A stretch of DNA of 64,000 nt from Chrysomallon squamiferum (taxonomy: Eukaryota; Animalia; Mollusca): contig CM022676.1 in the NCBI GenBank assembly GCA_012295275.1, forward strand, positions 10,788,001-10,852,000, read 5' to 3'. The notes under the pieces were generated by a model. That model was not told the DNA's origin. It did not search any database and saw nothing but the letters and a program-made list of their open reading frames with translations. The translations under genes were made by a program, and so were the position numbers. Below are positions 1 to 13,659 of the stretch, piece by piece (the stretch's first letter is position 1; each line of letters begins with the position of its first letter).

Positions 1-1362
1 ATATGATTTTTATGTCATTATTGTTTTTGCTTTCTTTTTTGTTTATTTATAATTTAAATTTAAATACACATTTTCTAGAACTATTAATTTTAGATCTTCA
101 GTTTAACAAATTTATTTTATGCTCACTTGAAGACATTTCAAGTGTAAAATTCAGAATATTATTTTTTTTAAATCTCCTAATTAACAATGATCAGCCTCTT
201 GTTTAAACAAGTGTCATTTTATTTAAAGTAAATTTTGTGTGTGTAAAATATGAATTTTTTGTTGTTTTCTTTCTTGTATTTTTTTTAACAAATGAGTTAT
301 TAAATACATTTTACATGATTTTATTGTAATGGTTTTCATTTTCATTACACCATGAAAAATATTTGTAATAACACAAAATACAAATATTATCAAACTTGGC
401 AATATGTATTAAATGCAGATTGTAAAAACTTTTGTTACTATAAGATATGCCTCAAGTGTATAATATCCCATATAATATATATATATTTTTTTTTCAGCTG
501 ACTTTTCCCAGTTGTCTTTTTTCTAATGCCATCTACCTAACATTAAACCACGTTAAATTGGTAAGATACTGTATTATAGGTCCAAAAATAGTTTGAAATA
601 TATATAACAATGTGATTTGCATATTTATTAGATAGCTGCCAGTTACAACTTGCTTTAAATTGCTAGAATATAGATTCTAGGTCTTCAGATAGTGCAAAAT
701 ATATTGCAATGCAATTGGGTAACACCAAATTTGAATAAATGAAAAATGGCTCTACATATATTATCAAACACTTTTTATACTTTAGGTGAATGACATGAAT
801 TAGTATATAATTATGATGCCATAAAATCAGCTGAACACCCCAATATTTACACACTTCAGGCAAACTTGTGAAAGAGACTGAAGGATAACTTATGGCATAT
901 TTAATGTAACATCATTTATTCAAGCTACTGAGGATTCTTCTCTAAGCTTTCAACAAAGATGAAGTTCTTTTCTTCTTTTGTTTTTTGTAAAGGTTGTAAT
1001 GCAAGTGAACCAAAAGATCTAGGGGTTATTAAAGATTTGAAAGAAAAAAAAGTATTGTAAAATTCAATGAGCTAGGCCACATAACTGACAGGAAGGTAAA
1101 ATTTAGAAAATAGCAGTAACATTAAATTTTATCAATAGGTGTGGTTTCATCAAATGGCACATCTGCTGAAAACATTAATTTGAGCTTTACCATCATTAAA
1201 CAGGGTTCAAAATGAAGAGACACAAACACCAGCACCATATGTTACATTTATCAACTATTGTTCTTTTTTATAACATGACATTTTAAAACAAATGTGCGTA
1301 ATAGAAACTGGATATGGTTCATAACACAAAATATACAGAGGTGGACAAATATGATTAACATA

Positions 1363-1408
<46 letters not shown>

Positions 1409-1528
1409 TGCATTCATTTTATTTAATTAGGATGTAAATAAGTGCTTGGATTTTTCACCTATTTCAACTCAGCAATGTATTTTACAGAATAAGTAAACTA
1501 ATGGTTGAAGTTCCATTCTTAGGTCAGA

Positions 1529-1572
<44 letters not shown>

Positions 1573-2138
1573 GGAGATCACCATGTATGAAATTCATAGT
1601 TGTATAGGAATCAGATGCCAAAAATGAGATTGTGACTGATTTCATTTCATTTGGGTATGAACTAAACAAAAATCGTAGGAAGCAAAGTTTTGAAAATGGC
1701 ATATTTTGGAGCTACTTCACCAACTTCAGTGATGTTTGCCTCTATCTTGTATATGTGTGTGTATGTATATATATATATATTTATTTATAAATGTCAACAA
1801 TGTTAATCAGGATGGAATTTAATTGATATACAAGATAGAGGCTAACATTACTGAAGTTGGTGAAGTAGTTCCAAAGATATGCCATTTTCATATAATAAAT
1901 TAATACCTTGATGTTAAAAATTAAAATTGAAAAATATTTTGTCTTTGCTGATTTTACAGTTTCACATATTTTCATTTTATATCTAACTTGATGTAACATA
2001 AAACATAATTCTTTAATGGAATAATTGTTGTATAAAAAAATAAAAATAATAATAACCATAAATGGTAGCTGGAACAAAGAATAACATTTAAAATAAATAA
2101 AATGTATTATTTTATTATATTAAAAACAAATAACTTAC

Positions 2139-2444
2139 TGAAAATTTGTAAATGAATCTTGTTGCTAGAGATTTTAAAATCTTCACAGTACCATTCAGCT
2201 TCATGTCTTAAATGGAGTTTGTTTATTGTCAGATTGAAGAATCTAGAAGTTTCAATCTGACCAGCACATTTACAAGAGTAATCCAAATCAACATCGACTA
2301 CAGTACAGTTTGGTAGGACTGTACACACTGTTATAGAATCTTTTTTAAACTTGACAGATGAAGTGATGCTGCTTGGTATTTTACACTGGAATGTGTGCTT
2401 CTGATTCATCACATCATTGGGAAAACCTGTCATGATGGGCAAAC
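2139..2444 (-). CDS. Gene T1 exon 2: V-like Ig domain with six cysteines (gene continues beyond window start)
   Basis: ttgcag acceptor, gtaagt donor, 306 nt, phase 1-1, open. Translates GLPIMTGF...HTFQC...VCTVLPNC...YSCKC...FNLTINKL...EAEWYC...IHLQIF, with Ig B-strand Cys, E-strand NLTI and F-strand WxC. Paralogous to 26835-27139. Confidence 0.9.
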
Positions 2445-5400
2445 CTGCAAAAATATATACAATACAATTGTTTCAGTTGGTTGTTTGTTTTCTACATTCT
2501 GCTAAATTATTTCAATATTAGAAAAAAAATTGCTAATATAGTTATTTTTAAGGGAGTATTGCCATTTCCATAGGTCACATGCCAATTTTATTTAAAATAA
2601 AAGAAATGCATTCCATTTTGTAACATTCACTGGATTCCAAATTTAATTTTGTAGTGTAAGCACCGGTAGTAGATAATTCCAAAGTGACTTTCTGTTTTGG
2701 AAATACAACCTAACTATAACTTTAGATCTTTTTATCCTGATTTCAGTGATCACAATTTCTAGGTTTTCAGCAGAATAATTCCATGATGTTAATAATTTAT
2801 GGTGCAATTTGAATGCTGTTATCATTTCAAATAAATTTCAATTTTGTTCCATATACTTGCAAAGTACACTTACATTGTTAAGTGAACCCAAGTTGGTAAA
2901 TATCCATTGCTGCTAGACCATTCACATGATTAAAATTTAAATCTTTGAGAACTCAAAACTTCCCTTCACTTTGTACTACAAAAAGTTGTTTTACCAAATT
3001 AATTAGTGAAAAGATCTAAATGATGAAAAACATTTAGAAGGGATAAATTAGAAAATCTTAAATATTCAACGGATAGAACTTTTTTTTTTTAAAGCAGCTG
3101 CATTTTTCCTCAGCATCGAGGTACAGTCTTAGTTCCTCTGATGACTTTATAATAATAAATATGACTTGTTGAGCGTTCTTTCCTGTGAAAACATTCTGTT
3201 GCACAGAAATATTTAAGAAACTTTACTGAAATAGTTCATCAAGGTTTTCTGATGCTTTTCGTATGCAAATACATTTATATTGTATTTTGAAAGTTTGGAT
3301 TTTTGTTTCGTTGAGTAAACTGTAGTATTTATATTTTACAAAATTAAAAGGTGAGGAGATACCTCAACATCTTTCTGTTATTTTAAATGATCAAAGAAAT
3401 GTCCTAGTGTAACTAATTTACATTTCAATGCCAACAAGACCCACTTTTGGATCTTTAAGACTGCCACACACATGCCAAATGTTATTATATAGTATTGAAG
3501 TCTTTTCTGCAGGTGGAAGACACCTCAGTTCTTATAATATAACTGTGAAATAGTGGACATTTCATTTGTAATAAGGCCTGCCTTGAAAAACATTACATAC
3601 ACACAGGGAGAGAATTTTTTTTTTTAAAGACAAATATTGGAATTGCATCTGTGCAAACATTTCCTTTAAAGTTGAGGCACCATGGCAACATAATTTTGTT
3701 TTTCTTTTTTCACAGAAGTATTTGATGGGTTTGCTACTGAAGGACTTTGACTGATGGTAACATGGTTGCTGTTTATTTATTACTGATTATTGTTTTTTAA
3801 TTCTTAATGTCTGTCCTACCTAAAATGTAATCTTACCTGCAAATGGTGACCTGAATATTCCCTCCAGTTTGTTGTCAAAGATACTGTTTAAAAAAGTTCA
3901 GAAAACAAACCTGTATATGATAATTAAGTAAACACACACTGATACCCTCCAAATAGACCAGTCTTAATGCTTTACAGTAATTTTGTGATGATGCAAGCTG
4001 ACAGCATCTTTTTTTCAACTGCATCAGTAACACAGTTTTTGCCAAATACCAAACATTTTATGCAATGTTAGCATGATTGATAATCATTTTATTAGGAGTT
4101 ATCATTCAACAGGTATCAGCCTTGGAAAATACACTGTTCAAATGAATTCAATCATTAATCACCATGCACACTGACATACATTTAGAAGTAGTGACCATGC
4201 AACCAATATGCCTAATCTTTGAAGTTCAATAGCTATATTTATTCAAATTTATTCACTTGTACCTGAAAAAACTCGATAGCTTTGCATGTTTGCTGACTGA
4301 TCATCTTAGGTCCTGCTCTTTGTGCCATTTTATTCTTTCTTGCTGTAGCATTTCTAATTTAGGCAAACAGAAATCTAATTAAGAAAATACTGACTTTGTT
4401 TTTTATTTGACAAGCTCAACATAATTTAATAGTCAGAAATCTTCATTTGACAGGTGGGTAACACATGAAAAGGTTTTAACTTTCCTTATGTTATTTTGAC
4501 TCACTGTGGGCATCATATTTTACAAATCAAAATATTTTTTTATTTTAAATTTAATAATAAATAAAAATTGTGTTATTTGTGTTGTTGTTATTGTAGACAT
4601 TATGCACCAGTTTTGCACATCAAATATGTGGCTTCCTTATTGTAACTATTCTGCCCATGTGGTGAATATTATTATTATTATTAACTGTATATATATCCAC
4701 TGTATTAGAATAAAAAAAGCATGAATGATAACACTACATAAGTTCAATAATATAAAATTTTAAAAAGCTATTTTCTTCACATAAATGGATGATGCTTGGG
4801 TGAGATGGTCATATTCCTCATTTCTCTCTGTTTAAAATCGTTATATTATTAAATTCATTATATTATTAAATTCATTCATTGCGTTCTCGAACACACTTCT
4901 CACTACAGAAATGATGACCAAACCATGTACCATTCTGGCTGTTGTATGTATTTGAATGCAAATAAAGACATCTGTCAACTGTTTTATACCAAATGCATCC
5001 TCTGATGCTAATGTCAGATGTAAGAAGAAAGATCATTGATCAATCCTAACCTTATTCTGTATATATTACATTTACCCAAAGACACACACTCACGCATAGT
5101 GAGTGATACGATGCCACCTTTAGACTTTAAAGTTTCGATCATAAATGTAATTTCAGAGGCCATTACTATCAATATTTATATTAACAGTTAATTAACTTTA
5201 ATTGTAATAATAATAATAATTTTTAGAAACATAAAAAATGTATTACTAGTAATAGTACTAGTAGATCATACAGAATTCATAGCAAAGAAATATGTATCAT
5301 AAATACATCCAGAACTGAACAAATTATGTTTTATGCTAGAAGTCAGAATACTGAAGAAAAACATACAAATCTGCAAGTTATTAAGAATATAAACATATGC

Positions 5401-5628
5401 AGTGAATGAAAATCGGTTTGTACGTTAATAATCATATAATATGTTTTAAATTTAATAATATAAATTAGGATGTATACAGTTCAGTGAATCGTGAGTGATT
5501 GGACATTATTATTGTATTAAATGATCATTACAATATACATCGTATATGTTTTGGAACAAAACACACATACCAAACCGAAAATTTACCCGTATGATGATAA
5601 TTAATATTTATGTCATTTTTAATAATAC

Positions 5629-5695
5629 CTGAAATATTTTCCATCTGGCTGAAGAGTAATGTAAGTATCAGACACAATTTCCCAAATTCCAACAT
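5629..5695 (-). CDS. Gene T1 exon 1: signal peptide
   Basis: gcgccATG context; MLEFGKLCLILTLLFSQMENIS(G); 67 nt ending phase 1 at CAG|gtatta. Same length and homologous to 33434-33500 and 59066-59132. Confidence 0.85.
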
Positions 5696-5760
5696 GGCGC
5701 GGCTAATTTTATGCAGGTTTCTGTCTCAGTCTTTGCATTTAATCGGACGAAACAAAAAAG

Positions 5761-5985
5761 CTTCGTCACAGTAAGTTGAATCTCACAGTTTAATATAACA
5801 ATTATTTTGTTAATAAAATACAGAATTCTTATTAAGTAAACATCGATCCTCCACACAGCTAAATATCATAAAAAAAGAAAGAAAAAAGAATCTGAGTTCT
5901 GCGACCGAAAAACACTATTTTCATATTTGCAGTGGGAGATAACTTTGTTGATACTATAAATAGCTATAAATCTGGCTATTCAACC
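5761..5985 (-). promoter_or_regulatory. Conserved upstream motifs of T-type genes (T1 copy)
   Basis: CTTCGTCACA (5761-5770), GTGGGAGATAAC (5932-5943) and GGCTATTCAA are shared at matching distances upstream of the T2 and T3 start codons. Confidence 0.5.
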
Positions 5986-6641
5986 TGAGTAGGAAAACTA
6001 GGTTTTTATGTAATTAATGATATTAGTCGGTTCGCATCACTACTCTCTAGACACCTGGAATTCAGTTCGAAAATCGTTTTCTGATTGAAAACGACATAAA
6101 CGCTAATGTCTGTTTCGAGTGTGTGTTCAGAGTAATTGTATTTAATAAATATAATCATGTTTGTTAGATCTGGTGTGTTTCAGAAGCTAGACACATTTAC
6201 TTATGAATATATTTTGATATTTTGAATAAATAAAAATAAATATCTGATCTACATTTCATATTTGTTTTGGAAATGAAAAGTACTGTATTTTATTATTATT
6301 ATTATTTTCCTTAACTTTCGTTTTTATTTATTTATTATTTATTTATTTGGTCTGGATGATTTTGTTATCATTATTTGTCTGAAAATTAAAAATACTTCAA
6401 GAACAGCAAAAGGAAAAACTTAAAAATGACTTAATGTCGAAATATTTATACAGAGTTATTAAAATGATTTTTGTCCATAACATCTCAAAGCAAAAAAACA
6501 AACAGACAAAAAACAAAAAAACAAAACAAAGAACAAACAAAAAAAGGATGAACTACAACACTAATTCTGGAGGTTGATACATAACTTTGGCAAAACTCGG
6601 GGAATCAGGGTAGTAACAAAAATAATAATAATAAAAAATAA

Positions 6642-6683
<42 letters not shown>

Positions 6684-8082
6684 CAACATATTGTAGCGAA
6701 AAAATCAGTGAAAATCTTGTTTCTGACTTCATGAACATTTTGAGAATTACCCTTAGCGACAGATGCACAAAACGAGGAAACATGGCAAATGGGCTCCTTG
6801 ATATTCTTATTGCCATCTCAGGAAGTCGGTGCTGATTGGTTACGGAGATCCAATGAAATGGGCTGAATGCGCCGTCTTGTTTATATCTACTCCAACAAAA
6901 ATAAACTTATTTTTACACCGGTGCAGAATGTCTATTTGAGGGAAACTGTATGAAAACAGTTGTGATATGTAGGAGTCATAACTTATTTGCCACGCAGTGA
7001 ATTGATTTCTTAATTTTATAAGTATTCTATTTTATATAATAAGATAGGTTACTTAATAAAGTGCAGGTGATATAATATAATATAATATAATTTTAAATTC
7101 AAATACGCTAACTCGTTGTTTGGATGCATAGGTTTTAGAAGATGATTGCTTTTAGTTTTATCGAAAAAAAGTGAAAAACTATGCGAAAAGCTGACTGACC
7201 TAATACAAAAAAAATACAAAAAAAAAAACAATGATAATGATGATAATTAATATTTTCTGTCCAAAAACTGGTATCAAGCACTATAAATTATAATGAATTA
7301 TGAATCAAGAATGTATCGGGGTAGTCACTAAAATAACTGGTGACTGTTTTGCTTTTGATACGTAATATTACCTCTTATGCATCTAAAATGGAAATAAATA
7401 ACACACACACACACACAAAGAAAAAAGAAGAATTCTACAACAATCTGTTTAAAATGTAAATCATGAATGTACTCGGTACTGTACCGTGTCAGCTATGGAG
7501 TTTTGGCAGTGTAAGATGAGTCCTAATAAGAACAGTCATCTTTATATTTACCTGCTAAGGTATGTGCAAATTATTATTATTATTATTATTATAAAGTGTT
7601 GTAATTTAATCAAAAGGAATGCTGCTGGCAAATGATCGTCTATTGACTTTGTTAATGAAAATGTCTGCTGTACTGTCTACATCAATTTTAATGTCATGAT
7701 GCATGTGTATTAAAGCTAAGTCTGCTAGTCGTTCAGAGGTCATGCGGTTTCTTGTGCATGTATTTATCCATCGCAGTCCTGAAAACGAACATTCTGCTTC
7801 TCAGCTTCTCACAGTTGTCCATCACCTGGACAATAGCCCCCTGGATGACTTCCCCTATTTTTCTTCAGATACACCGTTCAGAATGATTTTCAAGCAACAT
7901 TCCAATACATTAGTCAAAGTGTTTCTTTAAAGCTAATTAAAGGCATCTGGATTACTAATTCCATTAAATTAGTCAAAGCTAATTAGAGTCAGCTAATTAC
8001 TAATTCAGGCTAATTAAATACTAAAGATTTCTTTGATTTGGCAAGTGATCAATGAATATTTTTTGTTACAAGGCACGACCTT

Positions 8083-8702
8083 ATGTACTGTGTCATTGAT
8101 CACTTGCCAAACCAAAGAAACCGCATGACCTCTGAACGACTAGCTTTAATACACATGCATCATGACATTAAAATCAATGTAGACAGTACAGCAGACATTT
8201 TCATTAACAAAGTCAATAGACGACCATTTGCCAGCAGCATTCCTTTTGTGTACAAATTAAAGAAATGCTCTCTAAAATATTTTACGCGTGTATAGTTATT
8301 AGAAACAATTCAGTTCTGTCTCGCACCTGCAGTGTATTCATTTTCTGATCTCAGTGTACATTTATCTAAGTTGCAGAAAAACACTCTACACACCATTTTC
8401 AAATGATTACAGGGCTCCTGATGCCTGCACAAAAATGCTAGATTTGCGCAAGCGCAGTATAACTCACGTGATATTTGAACGATCATAACCGTTTGGATTT
8501 GTTCGAACACCATGTTAGTTTAATATTATAAAATTATATTTCTGTCACTGTATAGAACACTGTAGAGTACGCTGCCACCGGCCCTGTTGTAGTAATGGTT
8601 CTCGTGCACAGCGTGTGTAGTTTTTCAATAGCTCCTTTTCATAATGTAATGGTGCCCTTTTTATCATGGACCCCGCTCCGTTGGAAAAGCTGGATCTGCC
8701 CC
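8083..8702 (+). mobile_element. Decayed hAT transposon 3' end
   Basis: ORF fragment RNRMTSERLALIHMHHDIKINVDSTADIFINKVNRR resembles the hAT C-terminal dimerisation region; ends near a CTGGATCTGCCCC terminus-like sequence. Boundaries approximate. Confidence 0.6.
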
Positions 8703-8879
8703 AGGATAGAACAATGTCACAAAAGAGGAATTCTAAACATTGTTAAAAATACTGTTGAAATCTCAAGATCAAAAGGTGATGCAGAGTTCATAACTGTGAC
8801 CAGAAGATACAAACACTTACATACCCTTCAACTAAAGGCCAATGTTATTGTTTCCCATTTTGTACCAGCTCACCTCTTC

Positions 8880-8934
<55 letters not shown>

Positions 8935-9086
8935 TTCCATTATTCTAACGAGCTATCATTGAAAGCTTTCTGTCCAGCATCACCAGTAAGTTGATGTATA
9001 ATTTTGGAAAGTCTTTCCACCTTGGACATCAAAGTTATAATGTTCTTTCTTTGTTGAAAGGGAAAAACAGATGGCCAGTTTTTATT

Positions 9087-9133
<47 letters not shown>

Positions 9134-9247
9134 TATAAAAATAATAATAACAACAATAGTAATAATAAATGAAGTAAAAACTATATTAAATTTCTGACAT
9201 TTTTCATTATTATTTCAAGAAACTATATTAAATGCAAAAATAGTGAC

Positions 9248-9295
<48 letters not shown>

Positions 9296-9379
9296 AACAA
9301 CAACAACAATAATAATAATAACAACAACAACAACAACAGTAATAATAAAGTGTGTATGAGTGTTTTATTGTTTTGCAGG

Positions 9380-10276
9380 GTGATTAAGAGGTATCTTTTC
9401 TTGTACCAGTTAAGAATGACAAACATGACTGGCATCAGCTTACAGAAATGCTGAAATGATAATTTAGCAGTAACACAGTTTCAACTGAAACAAAAAGAAC
9501 TAAAACAAGAACTTCAAGTTATGAGGGCTGTCTTAAATTATAGGTTGTCAAAAGCTTGAATTGAATTCATGACTTTACTGGTTCTGAACTCGTTTTTGCG
9601 GCATGGAAAGAATGACCGTTGAAGCAATTGAAAAAGGATGACTAAGCCATAAACACATTCCTCAACCTTGGCACGTCATGGTAAACTGCACCTCTTCGTC
9701 AAAAAGCAATCAAAATGAATGTCCATCGACATACAATGTCTGTTGTAACCAAGATAGGGAAAGTTGTTTCTGTGGCTCTCCTATCTTTCGAGGATTTCTG
9801 AACAGCAGACACACCAAGCACATTGCCAAACATGAGGGTGGCTGAGTGCTTACAACAAACCCCTGAAGAATTCAATCGTAATGGCTGGATGAGAATGCAA
9901 AACAGAATGCTTACAAGACTAGTGGCCTGAAGTACACTTTTATCTTCTTTCTGGAAACATGTGGAAATGAATAAGAGAATGAAAGTGACGAATCATCAGA
10001 GTATGACTTAGACCATCCTGATTTAGATGAAGCAGAGGATTAAGAAAATCAAGGTTAATTTACCTTTGAGCAGATGTGCACCTTATTATAAAGCAGCATA
10101 ACATCAGCTAATTATTGCTGTGATAAGTCACGATAACAGACAGTATGACGTCTATGATGTGCCATGTTTTTATTTTACAAAATTCAGATATCTTTCATAT
10201 ATATTTAGCCAGGTTGCCGCTATTTTTTCATGAGTTCCTAGGTGTGCCATTGGCAAAAAAAGGTTGAGAACCACTG
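9380..10276 (+). mobile_element. Decayed DNA-transposon remnants in G1 3' intron region, ending in a hAT/Charlie-type terminus
   Basis: Broken frame with IHDFTGSE (H-x-F-T-G-x-D-like) and acidic C-terminus ESDESSEYDLDHPDLDEAED*. AGGTTGAGAACCACTG at 10261-10276 is the reverse complement of the CAGTGGTTCTCAACC hAT TIR. 9930-10140 is shared with G2 intron 37330-37590. Confidence 0.5.
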
Positions 10277-10532
10277 GGTTAGAGGTTCCTTCTGACCTAT
10301 ATTCCAGCCATTTCTAGGAAAAAATTCTGAGCTTTTCTCAAAATCGATAAGCTATGTTTGAGGTTAATTTGCACATTACTGACATACAGGATGAATTAAA
10401 AATTTAAACGTTTAAATGTTTGCAGATATTTAGAAAAAGATAATATTTAAAATAAAAAATGAAAATATTTCAGGTAGACTCACAACAAAAAACAGAAGGT
10501 AATAGTAATGTATGAATGTGAAAGAAACTTAC

Positions 10533-10826
10533 CTTCGAAATCAATGGTAATGCTAGCTGATTTATTATGTTCTCTATTATCAGCTATACAAACTAAAGTT
10601 TTCCCTTTATCTTCTTTATTAAACTTTTTAGTTAAACGGTTTATTGATGCCATACCAGACCCTTTAATAGTATTGATCGTTTTCCAAATGCCGTAGTTTA
10701 TATGTTTACCATTTAAGTACCACCTTAAGTCAACGAATGGAAAACAAGGGTTAGATGAACAAGTCAGTTGTGTAAGAACTCCTGGCTTTATTCATCCAGC
10801 TTCTATAGAAACATTTGTCAAAGGAA
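10533..10826 (-). pseudogene. Gene G1 exon: C2-like Ig domain with in-frame TGA
   Basis: ttaaag acceptor, G|gtaagt donor, 294 nt. VPLTNVSIEAG*IKPGVLTQLTCSSNPCFPFVDLRWYLNG...DKGKTLVCIADN...IDFE; stop at 10792-10794. Paralogous to 38405-38704. Confidence 0.8.
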
Positions 10827-10978
10827 CTTTAAAATGACAAACAAAATATTAAATATAGAAATCTTGTAATTTAATAAAGACTATTTTTCCATTTACTCCT
10901 AAATAGAAAAAAGCACATATTTTAATATGGTTTTATTTATTTATTTATTTTTTTGTTAAATTTATTTATTTATTTATT

Positions 10979-11071
<93 letters not shown>

Positions 11072-11599
11072 TTTTTTTTTTTTTATTTTTTTTATTTTGC
11101 CCATTAGTAATATGAAAAACATTGTTAAAATTAGTAATAGAGTTGTAGGGCAAAACACAAGTCATTGAAGTGACACTTCTGATTGTGAGTTTAACAAAAT
11201 ATTTAGGAAACGTTTATTAAAGTCACATTCCATTTAGTTTGTGAAAATCTTTTATCATCAGATGCATGTCCCTCTACCGTTAGAGGAAAAAAAAAAGAAC
11301 ATTACATCATGATTAGCAGCAAAACTTTCTAACTTCATTCTTTTCTGATGCATCTTTGGAAAATTGTTTACTTTTTAAAAACATTTTACTAATGATAGTT
11401 TGAAGCTAAATCTACGTTGACTTCATTTTTGCCGAAGATGATTGCAGACTAGACACTGCTAAATGTTAACATTTACAAACTCATTTGGTTTTAAATGTCC
11501 TTTGATGTCTTCGATCCACATCATCAGCATCAAAAGTGAAATATAAGTAGGTTTCAAGTCATAATTCTATAACGAGAAATGTAAATAAAATTTTCTTAC

Positions 11600-11908
11600 C
11601 ATAGACTTTTAAATATTCAGTATTACTTGGAGTTCCTCCAACTGTTGGACCACATCTCCAGGCAGTTCCATTATAACTGAAGTCGATGTTGTTTATAGTC
11701 AAATTGAAAATAGTTCCTCCAGAACAGGAATACTGGTATTTAGGTGGAGGAGTTCCTGTACAGCTGGTTCCCGAACCTTGGCTCACATTGATCTTTAATC
11801 CTTGTGCTATCCACTGTACTGAATCCACATTTTGCCCCGTGTTACAACTAAAAGTGAGTGATGCCCCACGTAAAACAAATTTTCTGGATTTTGTAATGAT
11901 GTACTGAC
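11600..11908 (-). CDS. Gene G1 exon: V-like Ig domain (four cysteines)
   Basis: ttttag acceptor, G|gtaaga donor, 309 nt, phase 1-1, open. GQYIITKS...LTFSCNTGQNVDSVQW...SC...YSC...FNLTINNIDFSYNGTAWRC...YLKVY. Confidence 0.9.
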
Positions 11909-11940
11909 CTAAAATAATAAAAATAAAAATAAAAATCAGA

Positions 11941-11983
<43 letters not shown>

Positions 11984-12137
11984 CTTAAAACTCTCTCACA
12001 CACACACAGATATATATATATATATATATTGGTGACAAGTCTTTTTCTTCATACTACTTCAATCCATGGAAACTGAAAGCAAAAACAATATAGTTTTTTC
12101 AATCTGAGTTGACAACAATCATATATATAATAGTATA

Positions 12138-13503
12138 GGGTCATTCCATGTCAAATCACCCCAAAATAAAAGAAATTTAAACCCGACCGTCTCAGATTTT
12201 TATAAAACTTGGTATACTTGTTGACTGGGATCCCACAGCACCAAATCTGAAATTTTAGCCCAATCGGACCAGTGGTGTGGGAGATATGGCCCACCGAATT
12301 TCGAGATTTTTGACAAAAATGGGTGTGACCACCAATCTTTGAACCCTCATATCTCAGGAACTACTGGGCCAATCTTCATAAAATTGGTATTGTTGAAAAG
12401 GCAATATGACAAGGCTTCCAAATCTGCCATTTTTGTTCAGTTTGGAAAATACTGAGGTACATTTACCTTTTGACCTTTGCTATGACCTTGAAATTGACCA
12501 TGTGGATCACGAGACCTTGAGATGACCTTTATTTTAATTTAATCTCCCACATGTTAACTAAAACATATAAAAGTTTCCTGGGTGTAATATTTTTTGTTTA
12601 GCCACAATATAGATTTTAAAAATGCACATACATGACAATAACACCTTTTCAGCCATTAACATCTGATTAACTAAAACTTGAATGATCAATTCTGGATGCT
12701 AGGAATCACCATCTTTCTTGATCATCAAGTAAGACATTGTAGGCCTACATGTATGCATAAAGTTCACATAAAATTTGAGAGAACTAGGTGTTTCTGATGC
12801 TTAACCTTCTCACCATGTGTTTCAAATGTTCACTGTATCCTTCATTCCCGGACATATTCTACTGTTCTCATCACTTTCATAAAATTGGATCATTTCCTCC
12901 TTTAATTCATTTGACAGAACTTTCCCTTGTTTCTTATCACAGAGGGATAGAATCACTTTCTCTTTCTTCACCACAGAGCTTTTTTTTCATAAGGTAATTC
13001 GTTGTTTCAAATTCATTCATTGTCCTTTCAATGGTAAAGGGTGACCTGCACACGCTCTGGGTAGGATTCAGACTTCTTGAATTTCTCTTTCCTCCAACAT
13101 GTTCCTGAACTTGTACAGCATCATTCAGAAGATGAAGCTGACATTTATTTTATAAATGAACTATCTCTGTTGTTCGATTGATCTTTCTCTTTCTATATGC
13201 ATCTGACTATGTAAATGAGTACAACTTTCAAATATTTTTTTTAATTTTTTTATTTTATAATTATTGCTATTGTTATTGCTGTTATTATTAGTTTTGTTAT
13301 TATTATTGTTTTATTTTGTTGTTGTTGTTGTTGTTGTTGTTGTTATTATTATCATTAATATTCAGTTTTTATAAGTGATTTTTTTTTAATAATAATAATA
13401 ATAATAATAACAACTGGGATCCCAGTCAACAAGTATACCAAGTTTGATAAAAATCTGAGATGGTCGGGTTTAACCCATTGGGTGATTTGACACGGAATGA
13501 CCC
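12138..13503. mobile_element. Sola2-like DNA transposon, internally deleted copy, in G1 intron
   Basis: Termini GGGTCATTCC...GGAATGACCC, 4-bp TSD TATA (12134-12137 / 13504-13507); long left TIR, right TIR cut to ~90 bp; same family as 29120-31858. Confidence 0.8.
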
Positions 13504-13659
13504 TATACTTTACTAACATCATTTTATTAACTATGTTTCCAGTAAAGATATTACTTTTTGTCCTATCTTGAAAAATCAACCAATGCCTGCAGAAAGTGAT
13601 GGAAATCTCTCTGTGACATGGAAAATAATGTACCAGCGCTGGGACAATCTGCAGTGGAA

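Noticed and set aside
2643-2825. Similar ORFs at 2643-2825 and 28209-28409 (ENxxIVITEIRIKxSKVIV)
   Set aside because: Paralogous intron-1 sequence of T1 and T2; an indel shifts the frame between copies and there are no convincing splice sites.
8991-9435. Poly-I, poly-L, poly-Y, HT and CV repeat ORFs here and throughout the ORF track
   Set aside because: Translations of (AAT)n and (CA)n microsatellites.
9400-9485. Candidate G1 terminal exons on the minus strand (acceptors near 9451 and 9485)
   Set aside because: No homology to the G2 or G3 terminal exons, and the region reads as a plus-strand transposon remnant.
10792-10794. In-frame TGA as selenocysteine
   Set aside because: The position does not align to a Cys in the G2 paralogue and I identified no SECIS element.
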